DNA of 64,000 nucleotides from an uncultured Rhodospirillaceae bacterium (GTDB lineage Bacteria; Pseudomonadota; Alphaproteobacteria; UBA2966): NCBI GenBank assembly GCA_964343605.1, contig CAYFKJ010000006.1, positions 153,133 to 217,132 of the forward strand, read 5' to 3'. Shown piece by piece: positions 60,843 to 64,000 of this stretch (position 1 is its first letter; each line of letters starts with the position of its first letter). The notes under the pieces were generated by a model. It saw only the letters and a program-made list of their open reading frames with translations, ran no database searches and was not told where the DNA came from. The position numbers and the translations under genes were made by a program.

Positions 60843-61325
60843 ATGGTTCGAGTCCTGTTTGTTTGTATGGGAAACATCTGCCGCTCCCCCACGGCCGAGA
60901 GTGTGTTTCGCGCGCTAATCGAGCGGGAGGGCCTGACCTCGGACATACAGGCGGATTCAGCCGGAACCCACAGCTACCATGTCGGCGACCCGCCCGACGG
61001 CCGGACTATCCAGGCGGCGGCCCGGCGTGGCGTCGACCTCAGCCGCATGCGGGCGCGCAAGGCGACCTCACGGGACTTCCATGACTTCGATTACGTCATT
61101 GCCATGGACGAAGACAACGCCCGCCATCTTCGCGGTCTGATGCCGGTCGACGCCGACACCCGTCTTGAGATGTTCCTGGATTTCGCACCCGAGCGCCCCG
61201 AGCGGGAAGTGCCCGACCCTTACTATGGTGGCGGCGACGGATTCGAAAATGTTCTCGACATGGTGGAGGCGGCGTCGATGGGATTGCTCGCCGATATCCG
61301 GGCAAGACACCTCTCCGGCGCATGA
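60843..61325 (+). CDS. low-molecular-weight protein-tyrosine phosphatase
   Basis: Start MVRVLFVCMGNICRSPTAE (CX5R P-loop) and a DPYY motif. Confidence 0.9.
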   Translation: MVRVLFVCMGNICRSPTAESVFRALIEREGLTSDIQADSAGTHSYHVGDPPDGRTIQAAARRGVDLSRMRARKATSRDFHDFDYVIAMDEDNARHLRGLMPVDADTRLEMFLDFAPERPEREVPDPYYGGGDGFENVLDMVEAASMGLLADIRARHLSGA

Positions 61326-62173
61326 GCGATTTATTCGATCGTATCGAAGCCGCCATCGGCGAAAGGCCCGGCGGCGAGCACGCCATGGGCGGCGGCTGCG
61401 TCGGCAACCTGAAGCGCCTTGATCTTTCCGACGGCCGGATGCTCGTGGCCAAATCCGGCGTGCCGGGGGACCGGCTCGACCTTGAGGGATACATGCTGAT
61501 GTACCTCCGCGAGAAGTCGGCGCTGCCGGTGCCGGAAGTCTATCTCGCCGAGGACGATCTCCTGCTGATGAGCTTTATCGACGGTGGGGACGCGCTTAGC
61601 CCGAGTGCCGAAGTTCACGCCGCGGACCTCATCGCCGCCCTTCACGACGTCGAAGCGGACCAATTCGGCTTCGAGCACGATACCCTGATCGGGGGGTTGC
61701 CCCAGCCCAATACGCAGTCCCCATCGTGGCTGGAATTCTTCCAAGACCGTCGGTTGCTCCATATGGCGGCGGAGGCTCGGATTGCCGGCCGCTTGCCGGG
61801 CGATCTGTACGCGCGCGTCGAAGAACTGGCGGGGAAGCTCGACGACTGGATCGGCGGGCAGGCGAGACCCAGCCTCGTTCACGGCGATCTCTGGGGCGGC
61901 AATGTCATGGCAAAGGGAAGTCGTATCGCCGGCTTCATCGACCCGGCAATCTACTATGCCGACGCCGAAATCGAGCTGGCGTTCTCGACGCTGTTCAATA
62001 CCTTCGGCGACAGTTTTTTCGGCCGCTACCGCGAGCATCGCAAAATCGAGCCGGGGTTCTTCGAGGAACGCCGCGATCTTTACAATCTCTATCCCTTGTT
62101 GGTCCATGTCAGGCTGTTCGGTGGCGCTTACGTGGGTGCCGTCGAGCGCACTTTGGCGAGGTATGGCGCGTGA
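61322..62173 (+). CDS. fructosamine/ketosamine kinase family protein (FN3K-like)
   Basis: 283 aa. [10 protein letters not shown] catalytic loop and D-x motif ([12 protein letters not shown]). ATGA overlap with the upstream gene. Confidence 0.8.
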   Translation: MSDLFDRIEAAIGERPGGEHAMGGGCVGNLKRLDLSDGRMLVAKSGVPGDRLDLEGYMLMYLREKSALPVPEVYLAEDDLLLMSFIDGGDALSPSAEVHAADLIAALHDVEADQFGFEHDTLIGGLPQPNTQSPSWLEFFQDRRLLHMAAEARIAGRLPGDLYARVEELAGKLDDWIGGQARPSLVHGDLWGGNVMAKGSRIAGFIDPAIYYADAEIELAFSTLFNTFGDSFFGRYREHRKIEPGFFEERRDLYNLYPLLVHVRLFGGAYVGAVERTLARYGA

Positions 62174-63273
62174 AAATTCACAAACTTGAAACATTCGCCA
62201 ACGAATTCGTCGGTTTCGTCCGCCTGACGACGGATTCCGGCGATCAGGGATGGGGTCAGGTTTCAACGTACAACGCCGATATCAGCGTCCAGGTGCTGCA
62301 CCGCCAGGTCGCGCCGCACGCGCTCGGCTGGGACGCTGCCGACATCAACGGCATCGTCGACCTGATTCCGGAGCGCGAGCACAAGTTTCCCGGCTCCTAC
62401 CTGCGCCGCGCCCTGGCTGGCCTCGACACCGCCCTTTGGGACCTCAAGGGAAAATTGGCCGGCAAGAGCGTTTGTCAACTGCTCGGCGGGGAACCCCGGC
62501 CGTTTCCGGTCTACGCTTCCAGCATGCGCCGCGACATCACGCCGGAGGACGAAGCCACGCGCCTGGCGAGCTTGCGGGACGAATTCGGCTACGATGCCTT
62601 CAAGTTCCGGGTCGGTAGGGAATGCGGACACGACGCCGACGAATGGCCGGGCCGCACCGAGACCATCGTGCCGGTCCTGCGAAAGGCGCTCGGCGACGAG
62701 GCGACGCTGCTGGTCGACGCCAACAGTTGCTATTCGCCCGCCAAGGCGATCGAGGTTGGCCGCATGCTCGAACAGAACGGCGTCGTCCACTTCGAGGAAC
62801 CCTGCCCCTATTGGCGGCTCGACTGGACGCGCGAGGTGACCGAGGCGCTCGACCTCGACGTCACCGGCGGCGAACAGGACTGCGATATGCAGGTGTGGCG
62901 ACAGATGATCGATGCCCGCGCCGTCAACGTCGTGCAGCCGGATATCTGCTACGTCGGCGGTCTCACGCGGGCGCTGAGGGTGGCGGAAATGGCGGCGGCG
63001 GCAGGACTTCCCTGCACACCCCACAGTGCAAATCTTTCGCTCGTCACCGTGTTTTCGCTGCACATGCTGGGTGCCATCGGAAATGCCGGACCCTATGTGG
63101 AGTTTTCCATCGAGGGCCTCGACTACTACCCCTGGCAGGACGGCCTGTTCGAACCGGCCCTGGTCACCCGCGATGGCCGCGTTGCCGTTCCAGACGGACC
63201 GGGTTGGGGAGTTGAGATCAATCCTGCGTGGCTGGCGGCAGCGGACTATCAGGTGAGCGAGTTGAGCGCGTAG
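62170..63273 (+). CDS. enolase-superfamily enzyme (mandelate racemase / muconate lactonizing enzyme family)
   Basis: GTG start (VKIHKLETF) overlapping the upstream stop. N-terminal capping domain and a TIM barrel with metal ligands ([19 protein letters not shown]). The long listed N-terminus is rejected. Confidence 0.8.
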   Translation: MKIHKLETFANEFVGFVRLTTDSGDQGWGQVSTYNADISVQVLHRQVAPHALGWDAADINGIVDLIPEREHKFPGSYLRRALAGLDTALWDLKGKLAGKSVCQLLGGEPRPFPVYASSMRRDITPEDEATRLASLRDEFGYDAFKFRVGRECGHDADEWPGRTETIVPVLRKALGDEATLLVDANSCYSPAKAIEVGRMLEQNGVVHFEEPCPYWRLDWTREVTEALDLDVTGGEQDCDMQVWRQMIDARAVNVVQPDICYVGGLTRALRVAEMAAAAGLPCTPHSANLSLVTVFSLHMLGAIGNAGPYVEFSIEGLDYYPWQDGLFEPALVTRDGRVAVPDGPGWGVEINPAWLAAADYQVSELSA

Positions 63274-63794
63274 CTTTCTTCCGGTGTATGCAGTGCGCCC
63301 TCGGAAGAAAGAAAACTCGAAAAGAGCGTGAAGCGGTCCGCCCGGATGGGATCGGCCCTGAACGTGGAATTCGACTCCAGCCAGTCGCGCACGCGGTCCG
63401 GCTTGGGGTGCCGCAGGCGGGCCAGCGTCACGTGGGGTGTGAACTTTCTGGTCTCCGGCTCCAGGCCGGCGTGCTCGACCGCGATCTCGACCTTTTTTTG
63501 TAGGTGATTCAGCGCCTCATTGGCCTCAATGCCCGCCCACAACACGCGCGCTTTCCGTCCTTCACCGAAGCAACCGGTGCCGTCGACGGTGAAATCGAAC
63601 GGTTCCGCTTTGACGCGGGCGAGTTCCGTGCGCACGTCCGCCGCCACGTTTTCCGCCACGTCACCGATGAAACGCAGGGTCAGATGAAGCTGTTCGGGCG
63701 GTAGCCAGCGGGCGCCGGGCACACCGCCCTTGAGGTGGGACAGGCGCTCCCTGACCTCGGCTGGGATTTCGAGGGCGACGAACAAGCGGATCAT
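63249..63794 (-). CDS. thpR: RNA 2',3'-cyclic phosphodiesterase (2H phosphoesterase, LigT/ThpR)
   Basis: Two H-x-T/S-x motifs (HLTLRF and HVTLAR), 181 aa. Confidence 0.85.
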   Translation of the reverse strand: MIRLFVALEIPAEVRERLSHLKGGVPGARWLPPEQLHLTLRFIGDVAENVAADVRTELARVKAEPFDFTVDGTGCFGEGRKARVLWAGIEANEALNHLQKKVEIAVEHAGLEPETRKFTPHVTLARLRHPKPDRVRDWLESNSTFRADPIRADRFTLFSSFLSSEGALHTPEESYALNSLT

Positions 63795-63805
63795 TGGAAC
63801 GCTTT

Positions 63806-64000
63806 AGGGGCTGGCGAGGAAATGCCGAACGACGGGCGCCAGCCGTTCGGCGATGAGCGTATAACCCGCCGCCGTCGGATGGATGCCGTCCCCCTGGTTG
63901 AGGGAGGGTTCCGCCGCCACGCCGTCGAGCAGGAAAGGATAGAGTGCGATGCCGTGTTTCTCCGCCAGCTTCGCGTAGATGGCCTTGAAGGCATCGCCGT
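63806..64000 (-). CDS. SGNH/GDSL hydrolase (arylesterase/TesA-like), 3' end only; gene continues beyond the window
   Basis: Own translation of the minus strand in a frame different from the listed ORF: ...GDAFKAIYAKLAEKHGIALYPFLLDGVAAEPSLNQGDGIHPTAAGYTLIAERLAPVVRHFLASP-stop. It contains the DGIHP catalytic D-x-x-H. Confidence 0.7.

Noticed and set aside
61726-62169. N-terminal 148 codons of the listed ORF 61726-63273
   Set aside because: Overlaps the FN3K-like gene in another frame with Arg-rich nonsense. The enolase-superfamily homology starts at the GTG at 62170.
63791-63994. Listed 67-aa minus-strand ORF at the right edge
   Set aside because: Ser/Arg-rich nonsense. A different minus frame encodes a clean SGNH-hydrolase C-terminus ending at 63806.

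Overview
High-GC (about 65%) alphaproteobacterial chromosomal segment with Rhodospirillales-like gene content, densely coded on both strands. Contents from left to right: (1) a 5'-truncated hutU, a SPOR lipoprotein, a class-V PLP enzyme, and a short stretch of gene remnants (a LivM C-terminal fragment abutting a possible regulator fragment). (2) A membrane-stress cluster: DUF4170, CDGSH Fe-S protein, NfeD and SPFH/stomatin. (3) A class-III adenylate cyclase with TPR domain, divergent from a complete type I secretion locus. That locus carries tolC; a 1502-aa substrate with a FecR-like N-terminus, hyper-acidic GEGEP tandem repeats, Gly/Pro/Phe-rich repeats, RTX beta-roll repeats and a C-terminal secretion signal; a TPR-GT41 (OGT/HMW1C-like) glycosyltransferase; the ABC exporter; and an HlyD-type membrane fusion protein broken by a single in-frame amber codon. 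An orphan CheY-like receiver follows. (4) A roughly 21-kb cobalamin island: cobT, cobS, cbtBA cobalt transporter, cobB/cbiA, cbiD, cobK, cobM, a cbiG-cbiH fusion, cobI, cobL, cobH, His-tailed cbiX, cobD, cobQ, cobO, cobN, cobW and cobU. A canonical cobalamin riboswitch with a terminator-type expression platform is readable on the minus strand upstream of cobU. (5) An AT-rich, near-perfect 30-bp hairpin element sits in the intergenic region next to the riboswitch. (6) Next comes a dpp/opp-like ABC importer with no substrate-binding protein. (7) Housekeeping and accessory genes follow: DUF2794, TauE/TSUP exporter, folD, HIT, acetoacetyl-CoA synthetase, tandem EamA transporters, an SDR, a DUF1025 zincin-like protein, a Lon-like (COG1067) protease translationally coupled to a tandem USP-like protein, a cupin, a secreted S1 protease, a sirtuin, LMW-PTP, an FN3K-family kinase, an enolase-superfamily enzyme, thpR, and a partial SGNH hydrolase at the right edge. 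No tRNA, rRNA, CRISPR, transposase or integrase was recognised. The strongest candidate for a new system is the type I secretion locus with its FecR/acidic-repeat/RTX substrate and a co-encoded GT41 glycosyltransferase. Several non-coding oddities are also flagged: the riboswitch, the 30-bp hairpin, and a hairpin 28 nt upstream of tauE.
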